A stretch of DNA of 64,000 nt from Amoebophrya sp. A120 (GCA_905178155.1 CAJINV010000018.1:600609-664608); one strand, 5' to 3'; shown: positions 1 to 13,590, counted from the first letter of the stretch. Made by a program: numbers and translations. Notes: generated by a model not told the origin, from the letters alone.

Positions 1-716
1 GCCTGCTTGGCGCGACGAGCCTCTTCATCCGGCAGCTGCACGGCTGAGAGTTTTTCCCGTTTGGCTTGTAACTCGCGCGGGGGCATGATCCGCTTGTAGA
101 CGGGGGAAAACACGAGAAGTTCGAACTCCCGCTCCAATGCTGCTCTGGTCTTCGGCGTAATCGTATCAGACTCGTGCTGTGCCGCGACGTACCATTCCTT
201 CAGTGCTCTCAACTCAATGTCCTGCAGGAGGGCAACATCTCCATTTTTATCGTCCAGGTCGTATTGGTTTTTCATCTTCTGCGCAGGTGGAGATGAGGCT
301 GTGGCGGGAACGAGTGTACGTGTACGTGTTGCCGACGCCGACTTAGAAGTCCGCCCAGAATTTGTCCCATTGGGACGACGATCCGAACCTGAGCTGCCAG
401 CGGAGGTAGATCTAGATCCCAAGCTATTGGCAGACGGGGTCCTTGTCGAGGAGTTTTTAGAAGTTGTTCCGTGGTCCTCACGACCACGACGCCCATTGCT
501 TATGCTTCCCTTTTTTGTGCGACCAGTAGATGTAGCTAACGCCGAGAGCGGCGGCCTGTGCGGTGAAGAACGTCGACCACCAGGCACTACGCCCGTCCCG
601 GAGACTTTGTTCCCGCTGGGCAAAAACCCGCCCACCAGGAGCGCCGTTGTGCGCAGCAACAGCGCAAGGGGACGAGTGCAGCAGCTTGGAGCAGTCCACA
701 TGTAGTTCTTGGTCAT
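1..716 (-). CDS. Hypothetical protein, 5' part (runs off the window start)
   Basis: ATG at 716 opens a stop-free minus frame to base 1 (MTKNYMWTAPSCCTRPLALLLRTTALLVGG...DIELRALKEWYVAAQHE...). It is absent from the ORF track because no stop lies in the window. No homology recognised. Confidence 0.55.
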   Translation of the reverse strand, partial: MTKNYMWTAPSCCTRPLALLLRTTALLVGGFLPSGNKVSGTGVVPGGRRSSPHRPPLSALATSTGRTKKGSISNGRRGREDHGTTSKNSSTRTPSANSLGSRSTSAGSSGSDRRPNGTNSGRTSKSASATRTRTLVPATASSPPAQKMKNQYDLDDKNGDVALLQDIELRALKEWYVAAQHESDTITPKTRAALEREFELLVFSPVYKRIMPPRELQAKREKLSAVQLPDEEARRAKQ

Positions 717-1518
717 GATTGTGAAGTTTTGATCTTTGTTTAATTTCAGTGTACTTGTTCTAGTACTTCTCTAGTACGGTAAATAAAATTTAGTAAGTGT
801 CGCTCTGCTGTGAACTTATGTTCCTACCAACTCCAATCGCTTCTGTTTAGTAATGTTTTCGGTCTATTTGTAGAAGTAACAACTTCTTTTTGCAAGAACA
901 GAGTCACAAGGTCAAACGTCGTCGGGTCTTAGCTATTATACATGTCAGAAAACTATCTTTATTGTAAAACAATCGCTTCTGGATCTGGTACACTTTTTTC
1001 AAGTCGTAAGCCGCTCTAACTACATCTACACTTTTTTCAAGTCGTGAAACAAATATTACTGTCTGTACTTACATACATACACGATTCACTTTGCCCTGTG
1101 TCTGGGGTTCGTGACGCTCGATTTTTGATCGTGACACCTGGAAAGCGATCCACTCAAACGATTGTACGGACGAGCAAGTGTGTGGAGTAACCCTCTGTGA
1201 ACTTTCTGGTCTAGCAAGACCTGCGGATCATCTCAAGAGGTGAACATCGGAGCCAGGAGGAGCCTGTGCTGCCCCAAGGGGGGCGGGCGTCTGTGTGCGC
1301 TCCGGCAATCTCTATTCCTTGTTCCTGATGGCCACATCAATGCGGTTCGCGCTACAAGCGCCTTGTCGATCGATTTTGCCACGGTTTTTAGACGGCAGCA
1401 GCTTCAGCTGCGAGCTGACTGCGCTGCACATCTTGCATCTCGCCCTCGAGCAGATGTTGATGCGTGCCTACAAGGTGCAATGTCATACAAAATTCACTGC
1501 GACTGCCCCCGCGGGGCA

Positions 1519-2544
1519 TCACAGTTCTTCGTCGGTGCTGGAATCATCGGGCGGCACGTGTGCCACGTAAGCGAAGACCTTAGCTAGGCGCTCCGGGCAG
1601 GAGAGCGCGTGGAGGTTTCCTATCCCGTAGCACTCGAGGAAGTGCGCGGGGCTGTCCTCTACCCGACGACATTTCGGACAGGGGACCCGTTCTAGCCCTG
1701 TTGCGGCGATTCTCTTGAACCTTGTGGCACCGAGGAATGCCGCCGCCGTCGTCTGGACGTGCCGGGACTCCCCCTGATTTGCAAGGACACGATAAAGCGA
1801 CTTGGCGCCGGCCCTGCCGCTGACGAAAGCAGTCGCGATCTCTCCGCTGACCGAGACCTCTGCCGCACCAAGGTCCTGCAGGAGCTTTGCCTCTTGCTCC
1901 GCCAGACGCTCCTTGACGTGTGCTTTTAAGTCCTCGACAGACAGAGGCGCGCCCCAAGCTGCACCAGCGTCGCCGTGGCGCAGCGCGGTCTCTGCCGCCT
2001 GGTCAACCAGTTCATTGACTCCCACGCCGGTGTGGGAGTAAATGTGGGCCAGTTCCACACAATGGAATTTGGAGCAGAGGTCCTCAAGGACGTCGAGGAG
2101 GGTGCACTCCGCCTGCGTTGCGAGGCCACCGCAGATGGTGAGGGTCGACAGACGTGCCAGTAGCGATTGGCTGTCTACGACTAGCAGCAGGTGTGCGGCT
2201 GCAGCCTCCGCCGGTTCTTGTTGTGCGGCGGTGCGCGCCTGCCCCAGGAGTTCTGTAAGACCGGCGCGCTCAGCCTGGTATGCGGATTTGTTGCCTGTCC
2301 AGCGCCCTGTTGTCAGTCGGGCTCCGGTTTTTGCGTGGAAGTAGGCGGCCATGGAGCCTCGTCCTGTGCTCTGTTGGTGCGCCCCGTCTGACGCACCGAA
2401 AAACGCACGGCGCTCACGTAGTCTGCTTCGCAGTTCTGGCGCCTCTTGGGTTGCGATTTTGAGACCCGGGAAGCGGCCTCGCGGGACCGGAATCGCCTTG
2501 AGATACTCGACCTCATCTCGCCGCCACCCGCAGCTCTCGAGCAC
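1519..2544 (-). mobile_element. 5'-truncated non-LTR retrotransposon fragment (RNase H + C-terminal zinc finger)
   Basis: RNase H motifs SDGA, AYQAERAG, VVDSQS and HIYSHTGVGVNELVDQAA, followed by CPKC...HFLEC. Same domain order as the 3' half of the LINE ORF at 53185-59610. No RT upstream. Confidence 0.8.
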
Positions 2545-3915
2545 GAGGGCCGCTTCGATCGCCCACGGTGGGCAATGCCCATCACTCCCGGCGAATTTTC
2601 TGTCTTTGTCTGTACTTCACAGACAAAACTAGTATCGCTACAGGAAGTAGGTTTTTACGATAATAAAAACTACAGGACAACTTTTGCAGTTCGTCTTGTT
2701 CTTCCAGTGAAGTAAGTAAATGTAAACAACTACAACGCATGACACAAAGTTGCACGATAGTGCAATTGCTTGCTTCGCGAAACTCGTGTATCAAGGTTGT
2801 TACTTGTCAACGGAAACTGTTTTTGATGTGGAATTTCAATTTTTTTCATTTCGTAAAATCGCTTTCTCACTCGCGCAGCAGGTGAGAGCTGCGCGTTGTA
2901 TGAATTGTTATGCAATGCACGAAGTGGTGGAAGATGAGGATCGTAGGAGCTGTTCATAGCTCCTTTTCATGATCCCGCAGGTCTTTACATGAGCTCCTTT
3001 TCATGATTCTTCCAACAACCGGACCACTTGCGATACCGATACCTCTTGATCTTCTGCTTAATTTTTGGAGAGAATGTTGAGAATGCACGCCCGCGCGTTC
3101 TGGCTGGATACGGATGTTCAGATCCGTTTTTCCTTCTAGACACATGTGCAGTACACGAGAGGCTTGAAGGTGTAACCCTAACCGAGAATCAATTTATTTG
3201 AAAAAGAAGTCGAGGTGTGTGCCGAAATAGTATTAGTTTTCAGTGACAATCGTATGTAACGGATCTTGCTGAATATTGACCATGATGCAGGTGTGCATTC
3301 TCTATTACTTCTCGTCGGTCGACGATCTTCGACATGCTTCTTGGGAGCTGATCCCCATCGTCCTCCAATCGTGTTTACTACAACAAGGAGCGCAATATGA
3401 ATAATATGATCAACATCTTGATCTTAGCTCGTGGACGTGATTTACTTTGTCGTCGCATGAAATTCTACTTTTATCTCAGCTCCAGCCCAGCCGGCGGGGA
3501 TCGTGTTTTGCGCGTGTCAATGAATAATGTAGTCGATGAGGCAGGGACTGTTTCTCATCGGTAGAATTCTTTTGATTTACAATTCAGGGATGAAGATGAC
3601 CGCCACAAAGCTGTCGTGGAAAGGAAATTCAACTCATGATCGAGTTCGAACTGGTTGACCAGAATTAGGAGCAGAAGAGCAACTCTAAAAAGAACTCGCG
3701 ACAAGAATTATACAGGAAACACTGCATGTCACCGTCGACGTGGGCCGTGGTCGAAAAGCTTCTTCTACGCGTAATTATTCAAGAACAAGATGCGACACAA
3801 ATAAGGACAGTACTGAGGCTGCAAGGCATCCGCATCACCCGACGTGTTGAATGACGGTGGTGGAACAAGAACAGCTAGACATCAAGTAAGAACCTAGCAG
3901 CACGGGGACAAGATG

Positions 3916-4063
3916 TATCCAGGAAAAAACACCCATCCCCATCCATTTTTTGCATGACAAACACTGCAGATTATGCATGTTTTGCATGACAAACACAGGA
4001 TTTGATGCATGTTTCACATGACAACTTGAATGGGGATGCTGGGTCCTCTTTTTTTTGTGGATA
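3916..4063. mobile_element. Introner family D (degenerate; context unresolved)
   Basis: TATCCAGGAAAAAACACCCATCCCC...TTTTGTGGATA; no clear 5-bp duplication. Confidence 0.6.
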
Positions 4064-4064
4064 G

Positions 4065-7000
4065 AGAAACATCAACACGTATGAGGACGACGGGTACGGG
4101 CAGCGACCCCCGGAAAACGTAACGCGTAGTGATGACTACCTGGTGCACAAGGTACTGCGAATAAACCACGCAACTGCGCCGGGAAGCGAAGATCATCATG
4201 GGCGGGGAGATGCCCTACATCACAACAATGAGCCGCGTCTGAACGATGAGGAGCGGGTGCAGCGGGAAATCAACGACATTGTGCTGAAAAAGGTGAACGA
4301 GGACGAGTCCAGCCCGCTATGCATTGCAAAAGAATCGCATTTAGTAAAAATTGCATCACAAATTTTATCAGCAAAGAAAAATGAAATTTGTAATGCTATT
4401 AACGGTAAAAAGGTAGGTTTGTCATGCAAGATTGCACTTAGTACGAGTGCGATACTTTTGCACAGGATACTCGCTGAAGGATGCGGATTTCGAAGATTTC
4501 CGGCGGTCCCTCGCCAACCGCGACCAGCTACGGATCAAGCAGGAGATATGGAACTGTCAGGATCGAAATTGACAAAATCGAAAAATTTGTGGTGCATAAA
4601 ATGCATGACGCAAAATACATGCGTTGCAGAGCAGGCAAGTGAGGCCGATTGTAAACCTGTTTGGGGTTATAGCTCGAGCTGCTAAAGCAGCATGAGAGGA
4701 TCAGTCTTTTTTGCCTAAACAGCATTACAAACTGGATTTAGGCACCGCCAGAATTTGTCATGCGCCGCTTCGAAACTGGGTTCGAACCGGAATCCATTTT
4801 ATGCATGACAAATGATTTCGATTTTGTCGCTTTCGATCCTGACACACCCATAGGAGAAAAAACGGGAACAGAAAATTGACAAGGCCGAGGAAAGCGGAAC
4901 AGTGATATTACAATGAAAAATGCCCCCACGACCCCAAACTTGGCAGCATTTGCATTGCAAACCTTTCCAATAGAAACATTCACCGTCTTGCATATCTCAG
5001 CATCACAAATTTTCCATGCTGAATAGCTCAAATTTGTGTTGCGAAGGAGCCCAACAGCAGCCGGATCTGTCGCGCAGAAGGCACCTTGCGGCTGCGCAGT
5101 CTAGGTTCTGCATCAGGAAGGCTCGCAATCCTTTCATGCAAGACAAAAAGCTTTCATTTGGAAACTTTGCATGACAAACTTCTGGAAATTCTGTTTTGGG
5201 GGCATTTTTCATTGCAGTAAGTGAATGTCTTTCTCTACGCCAGCGACAAGGGCGACACGAGGACTTCCACGTATGAACTGCAAAAGTATCGTACTCGTAT
5301 TGCAATCATGCATTACATATGGTAAATCCGCATTACAAATTTTATTTCTCATGCTGATGAAATTTGTAATGCATTTATACGAGTGCGATACTTTTGCAGT
5401 TCATACCACGGCGAGAGGAACGACCTTTCTGCGGGTTGGCGGCGGTGATGGTTCATTTTCTTCAAGTGGTGTGAATATCAATAAGGTAAGAACAAACTCC
5501 ACCGCTTCAGCCCTCCGTGCGGAAAAGCGGAGAGAAGCGTACGAAAGGGAGAAGGAGAAGAGGGAAATGCAGGAGTGCACCTTTCGGCCGCAGTCGCGCA
5601 CAACTGCTAAAGGTGTGAGAACATCATCAGTGGGACGAGCAGGAGCCGTGTCGTCTTCTCGACCCGTAGTGCGAGAGCCACCTGCTAGTGCAGCTGGTGC
5701 AGCGGTAGGACAGAAAACCGAAAAATCATCTCCGATTTCTTCTACTTCCGGTTCTTTCGTCTCCGCATCAGCCACGACCCCCGCAGCCGCGCCATCTAGA
5801 ACAAATATGAAACAAGTTCAGCTTGCCCCCTCCGCGTCTGTGAAATTAATTTCCGTGCCCGGCTTATGGAAGTGTCAAAATCGAAACTCGCAAAATCGAA
5901 AAAATTGTATATGCATCAAATGTAGTGGGGCACGTATGGCCTGTGTAGTTGGGGTGCTTGCAGGCAAATGAGACCGATTGCAGGCCTGTTTAGGGGAAGG
6001 CGATGCGCTGCCAGAGTAGCATGACAGGAGCAGTCTTCCTTGCCCAAACAGCATGACAGGTTGGATTTTGTTGCTTCCGAAATTTGTCATGCCCCACTTG
6101 GAAACTGAGGCTCCAACTGGTATCGAGTTTATGCATCACAAAAAATTATTAATTTCGATTTTGTTGATTTCGATTCTGACGCTTCCATACGGCTTTGAGA
6201 AATCCGCCATTCGGATGCGGCTCGGGCGGCTGCAAACGGAGTATGAAGAGAAGAAACGGCAGCTCTTGTGCGGAATATCCACTGCAAATCAAGTATCGTA
6301 CTAATATAAATCGCATGACAAATTTCCACAGCATGAGAAATGAAATTTGTAATGCGGATTTAACTTAACTACAGAAGAACTTGTAGTGCATAAAAAATGC
6401 GATTAGTACGAGTACGAACTTTTGCAGTGCATACGGAAATCTGAACGCCAAAATCACGTCTAGTTTTTCATCATCCGCCCAAACCCTCGACCGTGCGAGC
6501 TGGCGGGACAGACGGCTGGTATCCTGTGCAAAAGTATCGTACTCGTATAAATGCAAGTCTTGCATTACAAATCTTGTTCCCAAGGCAAATCCGCACTACA
6601 AATTTTATTTCTCATGCTGAGGAAATGCATTTATACGAGTGCGATACTTGTACTTCTGCAATTCATAGCTGGCGCCGCCCGACCACGCGACCGCGATCCG
6701 GGACATTGTCCTGCGGGCGGTGGAGGAGAAGGAAGGTGAAAAGAGTTATTTTCGCGAAGGCTGGAAAGGACGAGGGGCAGGGGCCGCAAGCACCTCCTGG
6801 AACAATAAGCAGTCGAGCCCCACGACCGGCGATGAAAACAGTCCACCTCAAGGTCGTGCCAGAAACAAGCAGACCGGGCTTGCTGTTGACATCAGCAGGA
6901 GTGGAAACAAGAACAGAAGCAATACAGGCAGCACGACAAAGAGGGGCAAGAATCAAAAGATAAAGACCACAACCGACGTCGTCGAGGATATTCTGCAACA

Positions 7001-7577
7001 AGTGCGGAAAATGCAGCGACGAGACGCTGCAGAGAAAGAACACAAGATAGACGAGGAGACGAAGAACAAAGACAATCTTCATACTCATCAAACGTCCAAG
7101 GCGGTGGATCATAAAAATGCTGTCAAAGGCAACCATGTGAGGACGTCGCAAGGCTCGATATTTTCCCCGCCAGGGACTACGTCTGCTCCTGATGTAGAAC
7201 AAGTGCTGGCCTTGACTCGTCAACAGACCATGGCTGTTGATGATGAGCCACAGAGTGAAGAAGAAGAGCATGAGCAAGTGGCATCAACTACAACCAAACA
7301 CCCACTCCCGCTCGCAGCCCTGCTTCACACGGACCGTAGCGCCCTGCGGAGCCGAATCCTTGCGAGGAACACGGCAGATGTTGTGGGTCACCAGCAGGAA
7401 AAAGATCCACCGCTGCGGCAGTCGCATGGCCATTGTTCGCCCGAAGTAGAGAAGATCCTTGAGCAGGAAGAACGTGTGCCCGACCGCCACCAGTTGGCAG
7501 CTGTAGTAAAGCCACCCGCCCCCGCCGCGGATGTCGATTTTGAAGTCGATATGGGCTATGTTGATGAGGACGAGTAA
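4065..7577 (+). CDS. Hypothetical protein with a coiled-coil/ECTFRP motif, interrupted by 7 introners; 5' end unresolved
   Basis: Removing the elements at 4318, 4547, 4906, 5272, 5865, 6276 and 6520 (each plus 5 bp) gives one 647-codon frame (...DESSPLKDADFEDF...QEKKREQ...EKEKREMQECTFRPQ...PGFEKSAIRMRLGR...) ending at TAA 7577. Start codon not found. Confidence 0.7.
4318..4469. mobile_element. Introner family A
   Basis: TA..TA ends, TIR TGCAAAAG.ATCGCA; DR CCCGC/CTCGC; frame restored. Confidence 0.85.
4547..4852. mobile_element. Introner family C
   Basis: TIR TATGG..TGTCAGGATCGAAA; DR GGAGA. Confidence 0.9.
4906..5219. mobile_element. Introner family L
   Basis: TIR TA.T.CAATGAAAAATGCCCCCA; DR AGTGA. 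Confidence 0.85.
5272..5405. mobile_element. Introner family A
   Basis: TIR TATGAACTGCAAAAGTATCG.ACTCGTAT; DR CCACG. Confidence 0.9.
5865..6189. mobile_element. Introner family C
   Basis: DR CGGCT; family C TIR. Confidence 0.9.
6276..6433. mobile_element. Introner family A
   Basis: DR CGGAA. Confidence 0.85.
6520..6667. mobile_element. Introner family A
   Basis: DR GCTGG. Confidence 0.9.
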
Positions 7578-7706
7578 GCAGTGGGGATGGAATTAGAAGG
7601 TGTACTCGCACTTCTAGTTCTATACGCTTTGAGTTCCTGTCGTTTTTCCGAACTTCGTTCTTCCCTTGCACGCACGGCTGGATACAGATTATCACGCCGT
7701 GCTGCA

Positions 7707-10700
7707 TCAGGAGGATTTTTGTTCTTCGAGCGGTTTTGAACAAAAGGCAGGGCGGTCGCGGTTTCATTATCCAGGAAAAAACACCCATCCCCATCCAATT
7801 TGTCATGCAAAACATGCATAATCTGCAGTGTTTGTCATGCAAAACTAACATGCTGATGGAGATGGGTGTTTTTTTTTTTCCCTCGATATTCGCTCCTTTC
7901 GCACGGCCTCCTCGAAGTCCAGCAGCCATTTTCTGGTTGTCGGACTGACGTCTTTTTCCCAGTCCGTCCCATAGTAAAAGTCCTGTTCGTACGACCAGTC
8001 TACCTTGTCGTTCTCCTCGCTGTCTCTCAGGATTCGTTTCCGATCCTCCTCACTCTGGCGAAGAAACTTTTTCCGCTGCTCCATCTGCGCGGGCGTGAGC
8101 AGTTTCAGTCGTTCTTTCCGAATCTCCTGCGTCCGCCGGAGTTCGTCCCGGCCCCGCATGAAATCCTGGATAAACTCCTTCTTCTCCATGATCTTCCGAC
8201 TTTTCTCTTTTTCGCTTTTGAAGTCCCGCGCCCACTCGGCATCCCGCTGCATTTCCTCGCGAATCTTCTTGGCTCGGAACCTTTCTTCCTTGTCGTCGAT
8301 CGCTTTCTGTTATCCCATGCGCAAACAAAGCATCGCACTTTAGTATTCGTAGTCAGTGATTGCAAGACTTTGCATGACAAGTAGAAATCGCTTTCCTAAA
8401 AAATATTCCTGAGCTCATGCTGAGACAGCAGTACAGGCTCGATTTCTTCCTCTTCGTCTGAAAAAAATTGCCGACGATCCTTTCACTGAATAGTTGTGCG
8501 ATACAACTTTTGCTAAATGCATATCTGTGCCGCGACGGCAGCGGCGTAATCGCCTTTGCGATCGATCCGCATCACGGCGCGCTGACGCAACTTGTCACGC
8601 GTGAGGTTGCGGTCCTCTCGGTAAAGGGGGTGGTCGTCACCATAAAAGGCTTTTTCCTCATTTAGCAACCGCTGCTTGACACCTGTTTTCGAGAATGGAG
8701 TGGTCGTCTTTCATTCAGATGTACAAAGTGCAGAGTGCACAAGGAAAAACGAAAAGTTGCAAATTTTCGTGGCTGAGATGAACATTTGTTAGTTTGATCA
8801 GGGGGGCAAGACGGAAAAGTTGAAACGTTCGTGCGCGGATGAAATATCGAATAAACATTGCTGCTATCGGAGCTGAGGACCGGCGGGCGCCTGGATCTTG
8901 CGGCAAAGACGAAACAAGCTTTTTGGCTCATTTTGGAACATTGAGCACCGTCCCATCTTTGCAAAATGCATGGAAAAGTCCAAAAATTGCTGCTTTCGTG
9001 GCTGAGGACGGGTGCGTGCCTGACTTATGCAAGCAAGACAAAACAATCTTCTTTTGCGCTTATTTTGCAAAATGGAAGAAAAAAGCAAAACTTTACTGTT
9101 ATCGAGGCTGAGGACGGGCGGGTGGGTGGCTCATGTAAGCAAGATGAGCTAAGCTTTTAAATTATTTTTTTTGGAGGACAGCTCGCCATCATCTACAATG
9201 AATCACGAGGGCGTAGTGAAAAAGTTCTGCATAAAGCATTTTCTTGATGTAAAAACATACTTTGAAACGCATCACGATGGCACGATGAAAAAACATCGTA
9301 TAATTTAGGTTAAGAAGTGCGATTTTGCGTGACTGTTGGACAAGCTAGACCTTTCGCGGTCATACCGTCGTGTTTCTGTTTTTTTCTTCGAAATAAAATG
9401 CTTTTCATTTCATTTTCATTTCAAAATGATTTCGCATTGCCGAAAACAAAATCTGAAACATAAAAAAAAGCCTGCGGCTGCTTGCGCATTCCGATACAGA
9501 GAGAAGACAGAGTAGGAAAAGTTAAAATAGCACTACTACAAGCGAGTGGAACAAGTTGTTGTTCGAGTATAATTCGGTTAGTACCAAGAAATCAATCATA
9601 CCAGCTGCAGACTGGTGCCACTTTTCTCGTTCGCGTCGTCTTTCTTCTTTTTTGATTTTCAGCTCCTTCACCCTTTCGTCCAGAAGTTTTGCCTCCCCGC
9701 TGGCCCACACTTCGCGCACCAGCGTTTTTTCGTTGTGGTTGATCGATTCTCTGGCGCCGACGGGCTGGTCGTGCAGTGTCGTTGGCGGAAGAAAATCGTC
9801 GGAAAACTGACTCCCGGCTTCCCACTCGAGTTGCTGGTAAGCAGGGGAAGCAGCAAGTGGTTCATAGTGGTGCACCAGCGGCGGCTCTTGTATTTTTTCG
9901 TTGTAGGTGCGATCGAAAGTACTTGTACTAGAAGTAGCAGTAGTATGCATGGGTCAGCAGAATCGAAATCGACAAAGTTGAAATGATTTGCCATGCATAA
10001 AATGCAGCCCACAAAGTGCTTGTCTTGCAGAGTAGGCAAGTGAGACAGATTGTAAGCCTGTTCTGGGGTAGAAATAGCGCTGCCAAAGCAGCATGAGAAA
10101 AGGGGCCTTCCTTACCCAAACAGCATGACAAACTGGATTTCGGCTTTACCCAAATTTGTCATGCGCCACTTGGAAACTGGGTTACAACTGGCAGCAATTT
10201 TATGCATGAGAAATTATCTCAACTTTGCCGATTTCGATCCTGACAGTTCCATAAGTAGCCCCAGGAGTCGTCCTACTTCTGGCGTAGTAGTTGTCCCTTT
10301 CGCAGTACGCTTCATCCTCACCATTCCAGCGACTTGTAGTTTCATCCTCGTCGTTATCTGCGGAAAAGTCGTGCGCCGCTGCTGTCGCTCTGACCACAGT
10401 GGTTTCTCCTGTTGGAGCAGGAGCACCACCACCCTTGCCGGTGTTTTTACTAGCAGGCCTTACAACTGTCGTCGAACTCGAAGCACCGTCTTGATACGGT
10501 GGCATACTTCTACTTTGTCCCGCGCCGTCCTCTTCGTCAACAGCACCTCCACCATCCAGTCCCGTCTGAGCGTCTTCGTCAAAAAAGTGCTGAACGTAGA
10601 CCGCTCGATCGTATTCCGCCTCTTTGCCGTCGGAAGAGAGTCTGGCGTGGTTGTTGTTCTGGCCTTATGAGCTGCAAAAGTATTGTATCGTACTCGTATA

Positions 10701-12854
10701 AATGCATTACAAATTTTTCCAGCATGAGAAAGAAAATTTGTCATGCGGATTTACCTCAAGAAAAAAATTTGTAATGCATAACTGCAATTACTACGAGTGC
10801 GATACTTTTGCAAAGCATAGGCCTCGGATGTAGCGCGACCGTTCCTGGACTCCCGAACTGTCAACTGTAAAAATGTCTGGGTCTGGAAGATTCTGCGACT
10901 TGTGATGCACGTCTTGTATGAGCCATGATGTCTGTGATGCACGCCCTAGTAGCACCACCACATATTTTTTGAGGGCATCATCTCGATGCCTATTCCGCAT
11001 GACAAATGCCCTATCCTTGTAGCAAAAATTATACTCCTTTTGCTACTCATGCAATACAGATTTTTTTGGAATCCAAATGCAGCATCACAAGTTGCATTCT
11101 TCCAGACCCAGACACTTTTACAATCCATACGGACTGTCTTCCAGCAGTTTGCTGAGACTCACATCCGTCTTCGGCCGCACCGGGCTGTATCAAGTGCAAA
11201 AGTGTCTGGGTCTGGAAGAATGCAAGATTTGTCATGCATATTTCTCATGACCCATGATAGTCTGTGATGTATGCGCTAGCATTACAGATTTTTAGAACCC
11301 TTCCTGATGCACATTCCGCATGAGAAATGCCCTGTACGTGTAGCACAAACTGTACTCCTCATCTTGCTGGTCATGCAATACAAATTTTTTTTAGAGTCCA
11401 AAAACAGCATGACAAGTTGCAATCTTCCAGACCCAGACACTTTTACATTGGATAGGCTGTTTTCCAAAACCACGTTCTCCGTCCACGGGGACTGATACGA
11501 CAGCTGTGCCGCCGGTAGTGCTCCTCTTCGCTCGCCTGGGTTGAAATAACCAAGTCGCGGCCTCTCTTCAGAAGCGCTCGCGGTGTTGACGCCTCTTTTG
11601 CAGTAGTTACCACTGCTTGCTGGTGTGCTGTCATTTCTACCTGCGTTCGGCGCGGCTCCGGTCCTTGCTTTGCTCGAAGAAGACGTCGTCGGTCGCGAAT
11701 AGTTCTGATTTCGCTTCTGTTGACCGCTCGAACTCGATGCTGAAGTAGCCGAAGCACGGCCCCCACCGCCCGCAGCGCTACCGACGTGAAAATCGCTACC
11801 CAAGCCGTCGTACCTTCCGTACGGATATCCAGAAAAAAAAAACCCATCCCCATCCATTTTTTGCATGACAAACACTGCAGCTTATGCATGTTTTGGATCA
11901 CAAAGTGGATGGAGATGGGTGTTTTTTCCTTGGTAACGGAAAGCTGTCCACTACGCTCCGGCTGTTCGGGTCCCGCAACTCGCGGTCGGCGGAATTCCGG
12001 GGCTGCGACGCCGTCAGCCGCAAGGACCATTTTTCGTTCTTCCCCCCGTCTTCCGGCGGTCGGACGACGACTTTTCTCCATCGATGTTGCTGCTGAAGCT
12101 CCAAGCACCGTTTTTCCAGGCGGCGCAGCTCCTGCTTCTCGTCATCGGAATCGTTGTCCAGTTCCTCCGGCCAAAAATGAAATTTCTTCGAGCAGGAGGC
12201 GGAGGAGGAGGATGATTTCATTTCATCCGTTCTTGCTACGGCCGCGTTCTCGCAATTGGCGACATCTACTTCATCACGAGAAACTGCAACAGATTCGTCC
12301 GGTGGCGGTGGTGCGGCAGTTCTTGCTTTATTTGTTCCTCGGCCTTCGTCCTCACCATCCGTGGCTTTGACTTTGTGTTGATCGTGTGCTTCTTGTTCAT
12401 CTTGAAAAATATTCTTAGCCAGGGACGAGAAGGTCGAGCTGGGCTGCGGTGCCAGATCTATTCAAGAAAAAAACTGTGTTAGTGTAAGTCTTTTGGGAAA
12501 ACAGCATCACAAGTTTGTCTGCCATGACAGGAAATAAAAGTTGTTATGCGCAGATAGGAACGGAAAACACACAGGATGAAGCGAGCCGAAGATCATGCAT
12601 GGCGAGCAGCATGACAAGTGTATACTGTTTTGCATTTTCTGCATCACAGATTTACACTTACATACAAAGCTTTTTTCTTGCATAAGATCAGGGACGAAAA
12701 CATTATCCTCCTCTTCGCTACGAATGCTGGAGAGGGGAAGAGAGCAGTTCTGCGGCTCGAGTGCCATCGTTCTGTGAGTGGTATCAGATATCTTTTCATT
12801 CAAAAAGGCACCATGATCGATCAAGGCCATCGGTGATGCCATTTCCATTTGCAT
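7707..12854 (-). CDS. Hypothetical low-complexity/charged protein (about 838 aa), with 8 introners and 1 GT-AG intron
   Basis: ATG 12854. Removing the elements at 12459, 11826, 11188, 10859, 10666, 9944, 8311 and 7768 plus GT-AG intron 8683-9601 gives a continuous 2517-nt frame to TGA 7707. Confidence 0.65.
7768..7888. mobile_element. Introner family D
   Basis: TIR GAAAAAA..ACACCCATC; DR TTCAT/TTCGC. Confidence 0.8.
8311..8523. mobile_element. Introner family A (degenerate)
   Basis: DR TCTGT; frame restored. Confidence 0.75.
8683..9601 (-). other. Canonical GT-AG intron (919 bp)
   Basis: GCTG|GTATG...AAACAG|GTGTC; the phase-1 join keeps the frame. Confidence 0.6.
9944..10253. mobile_element. 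Introner family C
   Basis: DR AGTAG. Confidence 0.9.
10666..10819. mobile_element. Introner family A
   Basis: DR GGCCT. Confidence 0.9.
10859..11129. mobile_element. Introner family B
   Basis: TIR TGTAAAA.TGTCTGGGTCTGGAAGA; DR CGAAC/CGGAC; left end TG. Confidence 0.9.
11188..11454. mobile_element. Introner family B
   Basis: DR GGCTG. Confidence 0.9.
11826..11935. mobile_element. Introner family D
   Basis: DR ACGGA. Confidence 0.9.
12459..12684. mobile_element. Introner family G
   Basis: TIR TAT.CAAGAAAAAA; DR AGATC; similar to 28084. Confidence 0.85.
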
Positions 12855-13590
12855 TTTCTCCTGTCACTCCAAAATAAACATGCAATGCCGCTCAGTAGTT
12901 CACTCAATCTCACCAGTGCACTTCATATTCCTTAGTGTGCAGCGCCAGCGGGCGCAAAGCGCGACATCGCTTGTGCGCCAGGAGCTAAGGTAAATGTAGC
13001 ATCTCTTGGTGGCTTCGGTCACCTTGAAGATGAATAATGCGAAAATTATTGCTTAGTAGACGTCGAGAACAAACCCGGTTTTCTTTTAGTACTCAGTACA
13101 GTTACGGCGCAACTGCATCTGCAACGCGGCGTCTTTCGCAGGCGTGTTTTTTTGATTTTTTTTCAGTTCTCAACTTGCAAATAAAAGAAATTTAGTTGCA
13201 ATCATTTTTGATCTGTACTGTAACTCGTCCCTGAAAAGATTCTAATGAAGTGCTGGCTTTCGCTTTCGTATTTGCTCTTCTACCAGTCATACGCGGCATA
13301 GTTTTGTAGCGTAGCAGCGACGACCACGACGACGTCTCGAGCCGACTACGAATCTGTGATGGACTTGACCACAACAGAAAATTACTGCAGCTGCGTTGTT
13401 TTCTAGTATGCTGGAGCCTTTTGTTGTGGTGCCGACTTCTACAACATCGCGTGTTCAAATTCTTAGTTGGTGCTGTGCAATAGATGTAGTAGCTTGGAGT
13501 TACTTTGGTTCTCGTGCGTTCCAAATTGCTTAGAATCTTGTCTGAAACCTGTAAAAATAGTTTATGTCCTTGAAACTTTAGTGTTCATAA

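Noticed and set aside
217-705. Plus-strand 162-aa ORF
   Set aside because: Antisense to a longer open minus-strand frame (716 to the window start).
1295-1570. Second RNase H-like remnant on the plus strand (GSSFSCELTAL)
   Set aside because: Only one weak motif; other catalytic residues not evident.
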